A stretch of 64,000 nucleotides of DNA from Oscillospiraceae bacterium. GTDB lineage: Bacteria > Bacillota > Clostridia > Oscillospirales > CAG-272. This document shows positions 18,241 to 27,757 of this stretch, in pieces. The notes below the pieces were generated by a model. The model did no database searches, was not told the DNA's origin, and saw only the letters and a program-made list of their open reading frames with translations. The DNA is taken from positions 1,050-65,049 of the forward strand of contig SVQI01000009.1 in assembly GCA_015065455.1 (NCBI GenBank). Reading direction: 5' to 3'. The stretch's first letter is position 1. Each line of letters begins with the position of its first letter. The translations under genes were made by a program, and so were the position numbers.

Positions 18241-18258
18241 TTTTTAAATACCATAATC

Positions 18259-20052
18259 TTATTTAAGGTTTGCTTCAAGAGTTGCAAGCTCAGCTTTGAG
18301 TTCTGCAGGAACTGTATCACCGATCTTCGCATAGAATTCCTTGATTCCACCGATTTCTTCGCTCCAAACAGCCTTATCAACAGTAAGAAGTTCTTTTACA
18401 ACGTCAATGCTGATATCAAGACCTTCAATGTTAATATCTTCAGCCTTAGGAACGTAACCGATTGCAGTTTCAACAGCGTCTACCTTACCTTCGCAACGAG
18501 CGAGGATCCAAAGAAGTACACGCATATTGTCGCCAAATCCGGGCCAAATAAAGTTGCCTTCGTCGTCTGTACGGAACCAGTTAACGTTGAAGATAAGGGG
18601 CTTGTTTGTAATCTTTGTACCCATTTCGATCCAGTGCTTGAAGTAATCACCCATATTGTATCCTGTAAAGGGAAGCATAGCCATGGGGTCACGACGAACT
18701 ACGCCAACAGCACCTGCTGCAGCTGCAGTTGTTTCGGAAGCCATAATCGAACCAACGAATACACCGTTATTCCAGTTACGAGACTGGTATACCAACGGAG
18801 CAGTCTTTGCACGTCTGCCGCCGAATACGATCGCAGAAATCGGAACGCCTGCGGGATTGTTAAATTCAGAGGAAATGCAGGGGCAGTTGATTGCCATAGA
18901 AGTAAATCTTGAGTTGGGGTGTGCACCGCAAGTAGATTTATCCTTCTTGTCAAACTTGGTGTAATCCCACTTGTTGCCCTTCCAGTCAATTGCATTTGCA
19001 GGAGGATTCTTGTCGAGACCTTCCCACCATACTGTATTATCGTCAAGGTTGTGAACAACGTTTGTGAAAATAGTATCGCGCATTGTTGTCTTAAGAGCGT
19101 TGGGGTTAGATTTATCATTTGTACCGGGAGCAACACCGAAGAATCCATTTTCGGGGTTTACTGCCCAGAGTCTGCCGTCAGCACCAACACGGAGCCAAGC
19201 AATATCGTCACCTACACACCATACTTTGTAACCCTTTTCACGATATATTTCGGGGGGAATAAGCATAGCAAGGTTTGTCTTACCGCAAGCAGAGGGGAAC
19301 GCTGCAGAAATATACTTAATTTCGCCGTTAGGATATTCAATGCCGAGAATAAGCATATGCTCAGCCATCCAGCCTTCTTTTCTTCCGAGGTAAGACGCAA
19401 TACGGAGTGCGAAGCACTTCTTACCGAGAAGAACGTTACCGCCGTAACCTGAGTTGATAGACCAGATCGTGTTATCCTGCGGGAAGTGAACAATGTATCT
19501 GTTCTCTTCGTCAAGATCAGCTCTCGCATGAAGACCCTTAATGAAACCTGCATAATCGTCAGGAAGAGCTTCAAGAACTGTCTTGCCTACTCTTGTCATT
19601 ATAATCATATTGAGTACAACGTAGATAGAGTCTGTAAGCTCAATACCGATCTTTGCAAAGTCAGAACCTACAACGCCCATTGAATAAGGGATAACGTACA
19701 TAGTTCTGCCCTTGTAAGAACCGCGATAAAGCTTAGTAAGTTTTTCATACATTTCAGCGGGAGCCATCCAGTTGTTGAGAGGACCTGCTTCTTCTTTTGT
19801 TTCTGTACAAATAAATGTACGGTTTTCAACACGTGCAACGTCGTTTATTGCAGTGCGATGCAAATAGCAACCGGGGAGCTTATCCTGATTGAGCTTGATC
19901 ATTTCGGAACTAGCGCAAGCTTCTTCACGAAGTGCCTCTTTCTGTTCTTCTGAACCGTCGATCCATACGATCTTGTCAGGGCAAGTAAGCTCTGCCATTT
20001 CGTTAATCCATTGGTTTACATACTTGTTGGTTGTCATTTGGTTTGCCTCCAA
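18259..20052 (-). CDS. phosphoenolpyruvate carboxykinase (GTP)
   Basis: 597 aa. GTP-type PEPCK motifs: FPSACGKTN (kinase-1a), DDIAW, and NWF..D..G.F.WPGFG.N.RVL.W. Confidence 0.96.
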   Translation of the reverse strand: MEANQMTTNKYVNQWINEMAELTCPDKIVWIDGSEEQKEALREEACASSEMIKLNQDKLPGCYLHRTAINDVARVENRTFICTETKEEAGPLNNWMAPAEMYEKLTKLYRGSYKGRTMYVIPYSMGVVGSDFAKIGIELTDSIYVVLNMIIMTRVGKTVLEALPDDYAGFIKGLHARADLDEENRYIVHFPQDNTIWSINSGYGGNVLLGKKCFALRIASYLGRKEGWMAEHMLILGIEYPNGEIKYISAAFPSACGKTNLAMLIPPEIYREKGYKVWCVGDDIAWLRVGADGRLWAVNPENGFFGVAPGTNDKSNPNALKTTMRDTIFTNVVHNLDDNTVWWEGLDKNPPANAIDWKGNKWDYTKFDKKDKSTCGAHPNSRFTSMAINCPCISSEFNNPAGVPISAIVFGGRRAKTAPLVYQSRNWNNGVFVGSIMASETTAAAAGAVGVVRRDPMAMLPFTGYNMGDYFKHWIEMGTKITNKPLIFNVNWFRTDDEGNFIWPGFGDNMRVLLWILARCEGKVDAVETAIGYVPKAEDINIEGLDISIDVVKELLTVDKAVWSEEIGGIKEFYAKIGDTVPAELKAELATLEANLK

Positions 20053-20100
20053 TTTATAATATAAATTTTTTATTTTTTGTATATAATAAAAGGAAATAAA

Positions 20101-20967
20101 TTATTCCTCGTTTTGCTTTTTCTTTATTATGTCGGAAAGTCTTGCAAAATCTGCAATATCAAGTCTTTCCCCTCTAATGTTTTCGTCAAGTCCGGCATCA
20201 GCCGCAGACTCCGCAATTTGTTCCTTGCTTAAGCCTACCTTACCCGACAAAGCATTTATCAAAGTTTTTCTTCTCTGCTCAAACGCAGCCTTTATAACCC
20301 TGAAAAACAGCTTTTCATCTTCTACCTTAACAGGCGGCTCGTCGTAAACCGTTATCTGTATTACAGCAGAATCAACCTTGGGCGCCGGCATAAAATTACC
20401 CGCGCTGACGTTAAACAGCTTCTTTACCTTGCCATAATAACTCACCGACGCGGTAACCGCTCCGTAATCCCCGTCTTTTGAGTCGGAACAAAGTCGGTCT
20501 GCAACCTCTTTTTGAACCATAAACGTCATCTTTTTGAAAGGAAGCCTACTCTCAAGCAATAACATAAGTATGGGCGTCGTTATATAGTATGGTAAATTTG
20601 CGCACACATAAACGTCTCCGCCGACAAACTTCTCGTCAAACAAGGCCTTTATATCAGTTTTCATAATGTCAGCATTTATTACCTCGACGTTATCAAAATC
20701 CGCCAAAGTCTCTTCCAACACGGGAATAAGTCCCGTATCTATTTCAACTGCAACTACTTTTTTCGCTACCGAACACAGTTCTCTTGTCAAAGTTCCAATG
20801 CCGGGACCTATTTCCAGAACGTAGTCATTTTCAGTAGCTCCACACTCCTCAGCTATACGAATCGGCACGTCTTCGTTTATCAAAAAATTCTGCCCGAACT
20901 TCTTCTGAAACTTAATTCCGTGCTTTTCCATCAAAGCCTTTACAGTCCCTATGTTTGTAAGTTTCAT
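20101..20967 (-). CDS. rsmA: 16S rRNA (adenine1518-N6/adenine1519-N6)-dimethyltransferase
   Basis: Motifs FGQNFL, EIGPGIGTLT and NLPYYITTPI. I place the start at ATG 20967 (MKLTNIG, with an AGAGGA RBS) rather than the TTG at 20988 used by the track. Confidence 0.93.
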   Translation of the reverse strand: MKLTNIGTVKALMEKHGIKFQKKFGQNFLINEDVPIRIAEECGATENDYVLEIGPGIGTLTRELCSVAKKVVAVEIDTGLIPVLEETLADFDNVEVINADIMKTDIKALFDEKFVGGDVYVCANLPYYITTPILMLLLESRLPFKKMTFMVQKEVADRLCSDSKDGDYGAVTASVSYYGKVKKLFNVSAGNFMPAPKVDSAVIQITVYDEPPVKVEDEKLFFRVIKAAFEQRRKTLINALSGKVGLSKEQIAESAADAGLDENIRGERLDIADFARLSDIIKKKQNEE

Positions 20968-20981
20968 TACGTTTTTTCCTC

Positions 20982-21010
20982 TTGACAAAGTAGTTTGCGT
21001 ATGATATAAT
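20982..21010 (+). promoter_or_regulatory. consensus sigma-A promoter of tRNA-Thr
   Basis: TTGACA, 17 nt, TATAAT, with the -10 box ending 12 nt before the mature tRNA 5-prime end. Confidence 0.7.
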
Positions 21011-21022
21011 CATCAACGGTTT

Positions 21023-21097
21023 GCCGATGTAGCACAGTGGTAGTGCAGCTGATTCGTAATCAGCAGGTCGTGGGTTCAATCCCCACCATCGGCTCCA
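21023..21097 (+). tRNA. tRNA-Thr (anticodon CGT), CCA encoded
   Basis: Hand-folded cloverleaf. Acceptor GCCGATG/CATCGGC, D arm GCAC-AGTGGTA-GTGC, anticodon arm GCTGA-TTCGTAA-TCAGC, T arm GTGGG-TTCAATC-CCCAC, then T-CCA. Confidence 0.9.
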
Positions 21098-21102
21098 TTT
21101 TT

Positions 21103-21651
21103 TTATTTATTTTTCTTTCTTATATCGAGTCTTATTATTGCCGTTATTATCGACGTCATAACAAAAAGCTCGGTAAGTACACCCGCGGTCGATTTCGACG
21201 CAAAATTATATATTATCCATAACGGCGAACTGGGCAGAGATATAATTCTCACAAGGTTCGCTTTTTCTATTCCCCAGGATATCGTAGTTAGCACCATTCC
21301 CGCCATGGGTAACAAGCTTAAATATCCTTCCCAGGTGAATGCAACGGCTATTATGCAAACAATCGAGAAAAATACTATCCACAGATTACTTTTTCCCCAC
21401 TTTTTGTCCTTGTTTGCAAACACGACCGACCTTACGGCTGCTATAAGATTCATCAAAGCACCCGTATATGCGCCAAGCATAAGAAAATGGAGAGTGAAGA
21501 ACGAACAGCTTACTATCTGCACAGTTACAATCTTCTTCTGCGTCTTCATCTGGTATGCAGTCATAGAACCTATCAGACCCAAAAAACCTATAAGCTGCGC
21601 TATAATATCGTATACTCCGTTAAGTTTTATTGCACCCAATATGCCATCCAT
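21103..21651 (-). CDS. YgjV-family inner membrane protein
   Basis: 182 aa with 5-6 TM helices. Its size and pattern resemble the Imp-YgjV family. The assignment is from memory of the family, not a search. Confidence 0.6.
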   Translation of the reverse strand: MDGILGAIKLNGVYDIIAQLIGFLGLIGSMTAYQMKTQKKIVTVQIVSCSFFTLHFLMLGAYTGALMNLIAAVRSVVFANKDKKWGKSNLWIVFFSIVCIIAVAFTWEGYLSLLPMAGMVLTTISWGIEKANLVRIISLPSSPLWIIYNFASKSTAGVLTELFVMTSIITAIIRLDIRKKNK

Positions 21652-21767
21652 AGCCTGACCTCTACCAAAACCATAATCTAATATATAATATCATATTTAT
21701 CCTATATTGTCAACGAACAACATATTATTTTCTGACATTTTTTTGCTTTTTTGCTTTTTTGTATTTC

Positions 21768-21796
21768 TTGACATTTTCCTAATGGGTATTTATAAT
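21768..21796 (+). promoter_or_regulatory. consensus sigma-A promoter of queH
   Basis: TTGACA, 17 nt, TATAAT, about 35 nt upstream of the start codon. Confidence 0.7.
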
Positions 21797-21830
21797 GTAA
21801 CTATATTATTATCTAAAAAAGGTATGCCCT

Positions 21831-22451
21831 ATGATGATTAAACAAAACTATCAGGTTTTGCTCGAAAAACAACTCGCCGAAATAAAGTCAAACTCAAAAA
21901 AGCCGTCACTTCTGCTACACGCTTGTTGCGCTCCATGTTCAAGCTATGTTTTAGAGTATTTATGCGAACATTTCGATATTACTGTGTTTTTCTACAATCC
22001 AAACATTTCACCTATTGAAGAATACACAACAAGAGCAGACGAGCTCATAAGACTCATAAAAGAAATGCCTTTGAAAAACAAAGTCAGTGTTATTATCCCC
22101 GAATATTCTTCAATCCCCTTTGAGCAAATAGCAAAAGGAAAAGAAAAAGATGAAGAAAGAGGAAACCGCTGTACAGACTGTTACAGACTGAGACTTAAAA
22201 AAACTTTAGAACTTGCAGAAGAAATGGGGTTTGATTACTTTACGACCACACTTTCCATCAGCCCTTACAAAGATGCCGAAAGACTCAATAATATCGGACT
22301 CGATATTTCAAAAGAGAGTAAAGCAACGTGGCTGTACTCGGATTTTAAAAAGAAAAACGGGTATAAACGTTCAATAGAGTTGTCAAACCAATATAATCTT
22401 TATAGACAAAATTACTGTGGATGTATATACTCAAAACCCATAGACCAATAA
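21831..22451 (+). CDS. queH: epoxyqueuosine reductase QueH (DUF208)
   Basis: 206 aa. Motifs LLHACCAPCS, FFYNPNI.P..EY, CTDCYRLR and YCGC. Confidence 0.93.
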   Translation: MMIKQNYQVLLEKQLAEIKSNSKKPSLLLHACCAPCSSYVLEYLCEHFDITVFFYNPNISPIEEYTTRADELIRLIKEMPLKNKVSVIIPEYSSIPFEQIAKGKEKDEERGNRCTDCYRLRLKKTLELAEEMGFDYFTTTLSISPYKDAERLNNIGLDISKESKATWLYSDFKKKNGYKRSIELSNQYNLYRQNYCGCIYSKPIDQ

Positions 22452-22457
22452 CACAAA

Positions 22458-22492
22458 ACGGGCGGACAAACGAATCCGCCCGTATATTTTTA
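22458..22492 (+). terminator. rho-independent terminator of queH
   Basis: Hairpin acgggcgga-caaacga-atccgcccgt followed by a T-rich tail. Confidence 0.75.
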
Positions 22493-22525
22493 GAATTATA
22501 ACAAACCTCTCCTCTTGTGTACATT

Positions 22526-23210
22526 GGAAATGAATCACACCGTGATGTCATTCACTCCGTCGCCACCGCTTCGCTACCTCGTCAGATGAGGACTTATAAT
22601 AACACTGGGGCGAAAACGAACTCATCCGTCACACCGCGTTTTATATTTGTAAAAAAATGAAGTTTGTTAGCGGTGTGCCACCTTCTCTCACCAGAGAAGG
22701 CACAGAGTATAGCCTTTGTCTTTTTGTTTTTATTTTGTTGGTCTTATAATTTTATAAAATCATTTTATTTATTACATCGAATTGCACCAATTTTGCACCT
22801 TCTCTGGTGAGAGAAGGTGGCGTGCCGCCAATATATTTAAGTATATTTTGTCATATAACGCGGCGCGACGGATGAGTTCGTCTATCCTCCCAAAAATACA
22901 CTAACTTAAACCTCCATCTGAGGAGGGAGGTGGCTCGGCAATAGGTAAATATAGAATATTTTTATTCTTTGTTGCCGAGACGGAGGGAGAGATATATGTT
23001 AAATATCTGATTGCAATATTGTTTGTTTAAACCGTTTGTTCTTCTCTCCCTCAGTCTCGCAGTCGCTCGCCAGCTCCCTCCTCAGATGGAGCCGAGAAAT
23101 ACGCGCTTCGCGCGTAAAAAGTACATACTGTCAGCTTCTTCGCTCCCGAACCCACACAAAAGGAGCTTTTGGAAAAAAGCTCCTTTGGAATCCGCAAAAA
23201 CTTTATAAAA
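22526..23210. repeat. mosaic hairpin repeat locus C (mixed orientations)
   Basis: Contains a palindrome related to aatgacatcac-ggt-gtgatgtcatt, an inverted duplication of about 264 bp (22617..22880), one reverse copy of the core (ctccatctgaggagggag) and one forward copy with the full 3-prime block. Confidence 0.9.
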
Positions 23211-23226
23211 CTACCCTTATTACATT

Positions 23227-23260
23227 AAAAAATGCTCTCTGAAATTCAGAGAGCATTTTT
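23227..23260 (-). terminator. terminator hairpin downstream of 23281..24759
   Basis: Hairpin aatgctctctg-aaatt-cagagagcatt flanked by an A-run and a T-run. Confidence 0.8.
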
Positions 23261-23280
23261 ATTATACAATTGTAGTTTAA

Positions 23281-24759
23281 TTATTTAGCTGCTTTTTTCT
23301 TCTTCAAAACGATTACTACAACAACTGCTGCGATTGCAACTACTGCAACTGCTGCGATAATAACGATAGCTGTGGGGAATTCTCCGCCTTCTTCGCCGTT
23401 ATCTGTGGGAGCGGGTGTTGTTGCAGGTTTCTGTGTTGCGGGCTTCTGTGTTGCAGGAGCGTCTGTCGCAGGTGCATCTGTCGCAGGTGCATCCGTTACA
23501 GGAGCGTCTGTTACAGGAGCGTCTGTTTCGGGGGGAACAGCTGCAAGAAGGTCAGCCAATTCCTGTTCTGTTACGCCTGCGGGCAACTTAACTTCTTTGA
23601 ATGTTTCCATTACGTCAAGAATGTATGCCATCTGAATCTTTTCGCCCTTGAAACCGGACAAGTCAAGAACAGATACTGCAGGAGCATTGTTTGTATGTTC
23701 AGGCTGTACTTCTGCAATTGAGAACAAATCTTTGAATATACCGTCGTTAATCTTGATTGTTACTCTACCGTCAGCATTTGTCAAACCTGTAGGACCAACA
23801 CCGAAGATATCACATTCAGTATAGGTACCGCCGTTAATTGTAATTGTTACGTTACCGCCGAAATCAAGCTTTGTTGATGAACACGAACCGGTAATCATAC
23901 CAAGAACTCTTGTTGTTCCTTCAAGTGTAATGTTTACTGTTGAGTTCTTAACAGGGTAATTTGCTGTAATACCCCAGTTTGCGCCCCAGATTCTGTTAAA
24001 CGTACCACCCTTTACAACGAGTGTGGGGTTTTCGTTTGATCTCTTCTGGTATCTGTGGCCCATATTAAGGCTGAGGTAGTGTGCTGCAACGCCTTCCTGG
24101 TTTTCATCATTAGGAACACACTGGAAACCGGGACCGATAAGTGTAGCGTATTCATCGAACCAGAACATTCTTTCTTCTTCTGTTACAACTGTGATGTCAT
24201 CCCAAATAGATGAACCCAACACACCAACGTGAGCAGGTTTTTCGATAATCAATTTAGCGTCAGCTGTCTGACGGTAGTCAACACCGTTGTATACGGATGT
24301 AAACTTAATAACTTTGTTGCTCTTACCGAATTCTGCAGTAAGTACGTCGCGGTTTGTTGCAGAGCTACCGTACGATTCGTTAATACCAAGTGTTACAGGA
24401 CCAACAAAAACGATTGTACCGCCTGTTTCCTTCAACTCTTCAGTTGCCTGATAAAATGCTGTCTGCAAGTATTTTTTCGGGCTGCTTGCTGTAGCATCGT
24501 AGTTGGGATGCTCTGTGGGTCTGAGAGGGTTATCAGGAGTTTTACCGGTACCATCACCTTCAATTGTGCCAGTCATAGCGCCTGTTACAGGATCTCTTTC
24601 AGCATCTTTGATGAAGATTACAGCATCACTGCTGGGTTTGAGAGTGTTAGGATCAAAACCAGCAGGTGTCTTAGCTGCTGCAGATGCACTGAACACAAAC
24701 AATGATGCAAACAAAGTTACAACGAGAGCCATAACCAAAAGTTTTGCAAAGTTTTTCAT
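23281..24759 (-). CDS. membrane-anchored surface protein, beta-helix-like paralog with a Pro/Thr-rich stalk
   Basis: 492 aa. Signal peptide, EGDGTGKTPDNPLRP motif, repeated rung-like G..N.T..GG segments, TDAP/TQKPA stalk, and a C-terminal TM helix followed by KKKKAAK. Confidence 0.8.
   Translation of the reverse strand: MKNFAKLLVMALVVTLFASLFVFSASAAAKTPAGFDPNTLKPSSDAVIFIKDAERDPVTGAMTGTIEGDGTGKTPDNPLRPTEHPNYDATASSPKKYLQTAFYQATEELKETGGTIVFVGPVTLGINESYGSSATNRDVLTAEFGKSNKVIKFTSVYNGVDYRQTADAKLIIEKPAHVGVLGSSIWDDITVVTEEERMFWFDEYATLIGPGFQCVPNDENQEGVAAHYLSLNMGHRYQKRSNENPTLVVKGGTFNRIWGANWGITANYPVKNSTVNITLEGTTRVLGMITGSCSSTKLDFGGNVTITINGGTYTECDIFGVGPTGLTNADGRVTIKINDGIFKDLFSIAEVQPEHTNNAPAVSVLDLSGFKGEKIQMAYILDVMETFKEVKLPAGVTEQELADLLAAVPPETDAPVTDAPVTDAPATDAPATDAPATQKPATQKPATTPAPTDNGEEGGEFPTAIVIIAAVAVVAIAAVVVVIVLKKKKAAK
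23419..23530. repeat. 15-bp tandem repeats encoding the (T-D-A-P-V/A)n and (T-Q-K-P-A)n stalk
   Basis: The protein reads TDAPVTDAPVTDAPATDAPATDAPATQKPATQKPA. The DNA shows gcaggtgcatctgtc-type 15-mers repeated head to tail. Confidence 0.85.
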
Positions 24760-25013
24760 AAGTCATTTCTCCTTATATATTTTTATTTTGGTAATGATTA
24801 TTCTTATTCTAAAAAAACACTACCGTTCCTTTACTGAGTAATTATACCATTTATCCCCTACTATTTCAAGTGGATTTTTAAATATTTGTATACTCTGACA
24901 AAATAAAATTGGTATTTTTTTATAAAATGAATAAAGATGAATTTATTTTCAAATCTTTGGTCAAAAAGTGTACATAATTAAGCAAAATATTAGTTACACA
25001 AGCATATAAAAAC

Positions 25014-26498
25014 CTACGGTTTTCTAATCTTTGATTTTTTATACAACAACCAAACCACCGATATAGCAACAACCGCCATCAACCCGATACCCGCTAACAC
25101 CTCTGACATACGTGTCGTATCCGAATCATCATTTTCAAAATCGTTTTCTTGCGTTTGGATTATCAAATCTTCGCCTTGAATAATTGTATACACTGTCTGA
25201 ATATCCGGCGCAACGCTATCGAAAGTCATCTCTTCTGTAATAATATCCGTTACAATGCTGTTTTCTGTCGTTTCTTCTGTCTGTATATCAGACACGGAAG
25301 TTTCCTTTGTTGTTTCCTCATTATAATCTTTCAACATATCTTCAGATATGCCGTCAGGCAATATAACTTGACTAAAAAAAATTACTGCAGAATAAGCGCA
25401 GCCAAGCTCCGAAAGCTTCCCTTCCCAGCCTGAAAAATTCAATACTGTATACATAGGCGGATTATTTTTAATCCCAATGCCAGAATCGCATATCGACCAA
25501 ACCTTTGAAAAATCACCGCCGTTTATTTTTATCTTAACAACTCCGTCGGTATTTGTCATTCCCGTGCCAAATACACCGATAATATCACATTCGTATCTTC
25601 CGCCGTTTATTGTAATATCTACATTTCCACCGAAATTACACTTATCCTGAGCCGTACCGCTTATAAGACCAAGCACCCTCACGTTTCCGCCAAGCAAAAG
25701 GCAAGCGTTTGCATTCTCCATCGTCTGCTTTTTACTGTCTCCCCAAGGTCCTGCCGTTATCTTGTTGTAAGTACCTGAACTTACAATCAAAAAAGGATTT
25801 ACACCAAAGCTGTCAGCCGTTCTGCTACCTGCCGAAAGGCTCAAATAATACGAGCAATCGCTATTTTCTATCTTGTTGCTGGGTTTACATACAACTCCGT
25901 TTCCAACTTCGGCGCGGTAACAGTTAAAGGAAATAACTCTGTCTTTACTCATAGTTTCAATGGTAATGTTTTCCCAAAGTGAAGAACCGAGGACCGATAT
26001 ATTTGCATTTTCATCAAGTATTATCTTAGCGCCCGAGGTTTCTCTGTAATCAATATTATTATAAACCGAAGTAAATTTTATACTGTTTTCTCCGAAATTT
26101 GCGGTAAAAACGTCCCCCTCTTCACCTTCACTTACGAAAACTTCGCCGTTCCCAAAATAACATTCTCCCATTATTACTACCGTTCCGCCGCTGTCTTTCA
26201 ATTTTTCGGTTGCCTGATACAGTGCGGTATTAAGATAATTTTTTGGGTTTTGTGCATTGGGGTCATATTCCTCGTGTATTCCGGGAATAAGAGGGTTGTC
26301 AGCATTCCTTCCCGAACCGTCACCCTCAAGTCCTCCTGTTATTTTATAGGTTTCCGAATCCCTCACAGGATCCTTAATAAAAATAACGTTTTCTGTGTTT
26401 TTTAATAAATTTGGTGTAGCCAAAGCGGTCAACAAACACAATGCCGCAACACCGACAACCGCAACAGCTACACCGAAAATATATGCACTTCTTTTCAT
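25014..26498 (-). CDS. membrane-anchored surface protein, paralog of 23281..24759
   Basis: 494 aa. Shares VIFIKD, EGDGSG...DNPL, YQATE.LK..GGT, KFTSVYN..DYR and FGGNV.ITINGG motifs with 23281..24759. Has a C-terminal TM helix. Confidence 0.8.
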   Translation of the reverse strand: MKRSAYIFGVAVAVVGVAALCLLTALATPNLLKNTENVIFIKDPVRDSETYKITGGLEGDGSGRNADNPLIPGIHEEYDPNAQNPKNYLNTALYQATEKLKDSGGTVVIMGECYFGNGEVFVSEGEEGDVFTANFGENSIKFTSVYNNIDYRETSGAKIILDENANISVLGSSLWENITIETMSKDRVISFNCYRAEVGNGVVCKPSNKIENSDCSYYLSLSAGSRTADSFGVNPFLIVSSGTYNKITAGPWGDSKKQTMENANACLLLGGNVRVLGLISGTAQDKCNFGGNVDITINGGRYECDIIGVFGTGMTNTDGVVKIKINGGDFSKVWSICDSGIGIKNNPPMYTVLNFSGWEGKLSELGCAYSAVIFFSQVILPDGISEDMLKDYNEETTKETSVSDIQTEETTENSIVTDIITEEMTFDSVAPDIQTVYTIIQGEDLIIQTQENDFENDDSDTTRMSEVLAGIGLMAVVAISVVWLLYKKSKIRKP

Positions 26499-26544
26499 AG
26501 ATTTTTGCTTGCAAATATTAATCCTTGTTTTTATAGTAGTAAAA

Positions 26545-27654
26545 TTACGCCTTCAGCATTTTCTTTACGTGACTACCTATATATTCAGCCATACGTAAAA
26601 ATCCTGCATCCGTGGGATGCGCTCCATCAACAGTATAGACGTTTCCGTACTTTCCGCTGAACATTTCCATTCCATCAACAAATGATACGTTTTTATCCCC
26701 GTTTGATAAAGCGTAATTATAAGTATCAAGTATAACCTGTTTTCTGTCTACCTTATCTTTGTTAGCCGAATCCACAGTCGGCGCTGATACGAAAATTACG
26801 GAAGTGTCGTGATTCTTTGCTCTGAATACTTTGTATAGCTCTAAATGAGTTTTCTTTAGATGTTCAAGTGTGGGCGCATTATAATCATAGTCGCACACAA
26901 AAACGGAGCAATCAATATCCGCAATATATTCCGCTATTTCCCTTTCACCCTTGGCACTTCCCGAAAAGCCTAAGTTTATGTAATCACAGTCAAGCTCGTG
27001 GGAAATTATCGACTGATAGCTGTTTCCCGGCTTTGACGCGCATCCGCCTTGGGTTATAGACGAGCCGTAGTATAATACAGGTTTATCATATTTGTATCCG
27101 TCGCATTCAGAAACTTCAGAGCCTGAACGAACTCCGATATAAAGCTCGTCCACTCTGCTGTACAAAGGAAAATTAATCTCAAGACAACGCGTTTTTTTAT
27201 CTGCAAAGTATACTATTGATTCATAACCGTTTTCTGCATCCTGAGGCGGAACAAACGTTTTTATAAATCTGTACGAGCCATTTTCACAAAGATACATATC
27301 AAAGCCCGAGCTTCCCGTCAATGCCATATGCGACATGCGGCGCAAGGACGGCATCACCGCCTTTATGGCAACGTAGTCGGAATCGGTAGAAAAGCGAACC
27401 CTTATACCTGCCGTGTTGAAATTAAGATTTTTTACTCCCTCGCTTACGTTTTCGGCTATATTTTCTGGCATTCTCTTGAATACGTCAAGCTCGTCTTTAC
27501 AAGCTCCGTACAACTTAAAAGGAGCTTTCTTTACGTCGTAAAATACAACGTCGTCTACGTCAAGAGAGGTTTTTACTTCTAAATTTTTATCTAAATTTGC
27601 AATATTTTCGTCTAAAATACGCTTGTTTTCACTCATAACCGAAACTCCCCTCAT
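26545..27654 (-). CDS. SGNH/GDSL-family hydrolase (esterase) with an N-terminal beta-sandwich-like domain
   Basis: 369 aa. Motifs YYGSSITQG (block I Ser), GFSGSAKGE, and DGAHPTD (block V Asp/His). Confidence 0.8.
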   Translation of the reverse strand: MRGVSVMSENKRILDENIANLDKNLEVKTSLDVDDVVFYDVKKAPFKLYGACKDELDVFKRMPENIAENVSEGVKNLNFNTAGIRVRFSTDSDYVAIKAVMPSLRRMSHMALTGSSGFDMYLCENGSYRFIKTFVPPQDAENGYESIVYFADKKTRCLEINFPLYSRVDELYIGVRSGSEVSECDGYKYDKPVLYYGSSITQGGCASKPGNSYQSIISHELDCDYINLGFSGSAKGEREIAEYIADIDCSVFVCDYDYNAPTLEHLKKTHLELYKVFRAKNHDTSVIFVSAPTVDSANKDKVDRKQVILDTYNYALSNGDKNVSFVDGMEMFSGKYGNVYTVDGAHPTDAGFLRMAEYIGSHVKKMLKA

Positions 27655-27757
27655 ATATTTTTTGTTTAATAAATCTTATCATACACGTATAAAAAAGTCA
27701 ATAATACACACATTGTTGGGATACTACCGTAAGGTGCAGTAATTTTATTGTTAGCCC

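Noticed and set aside
21797-21830. preQ1 riboswitch upstream of queH.
   Set aside because: The leader is only about 30 nt and lacks the conserved preQ1-I hairpin and A-rich tail arrangement.
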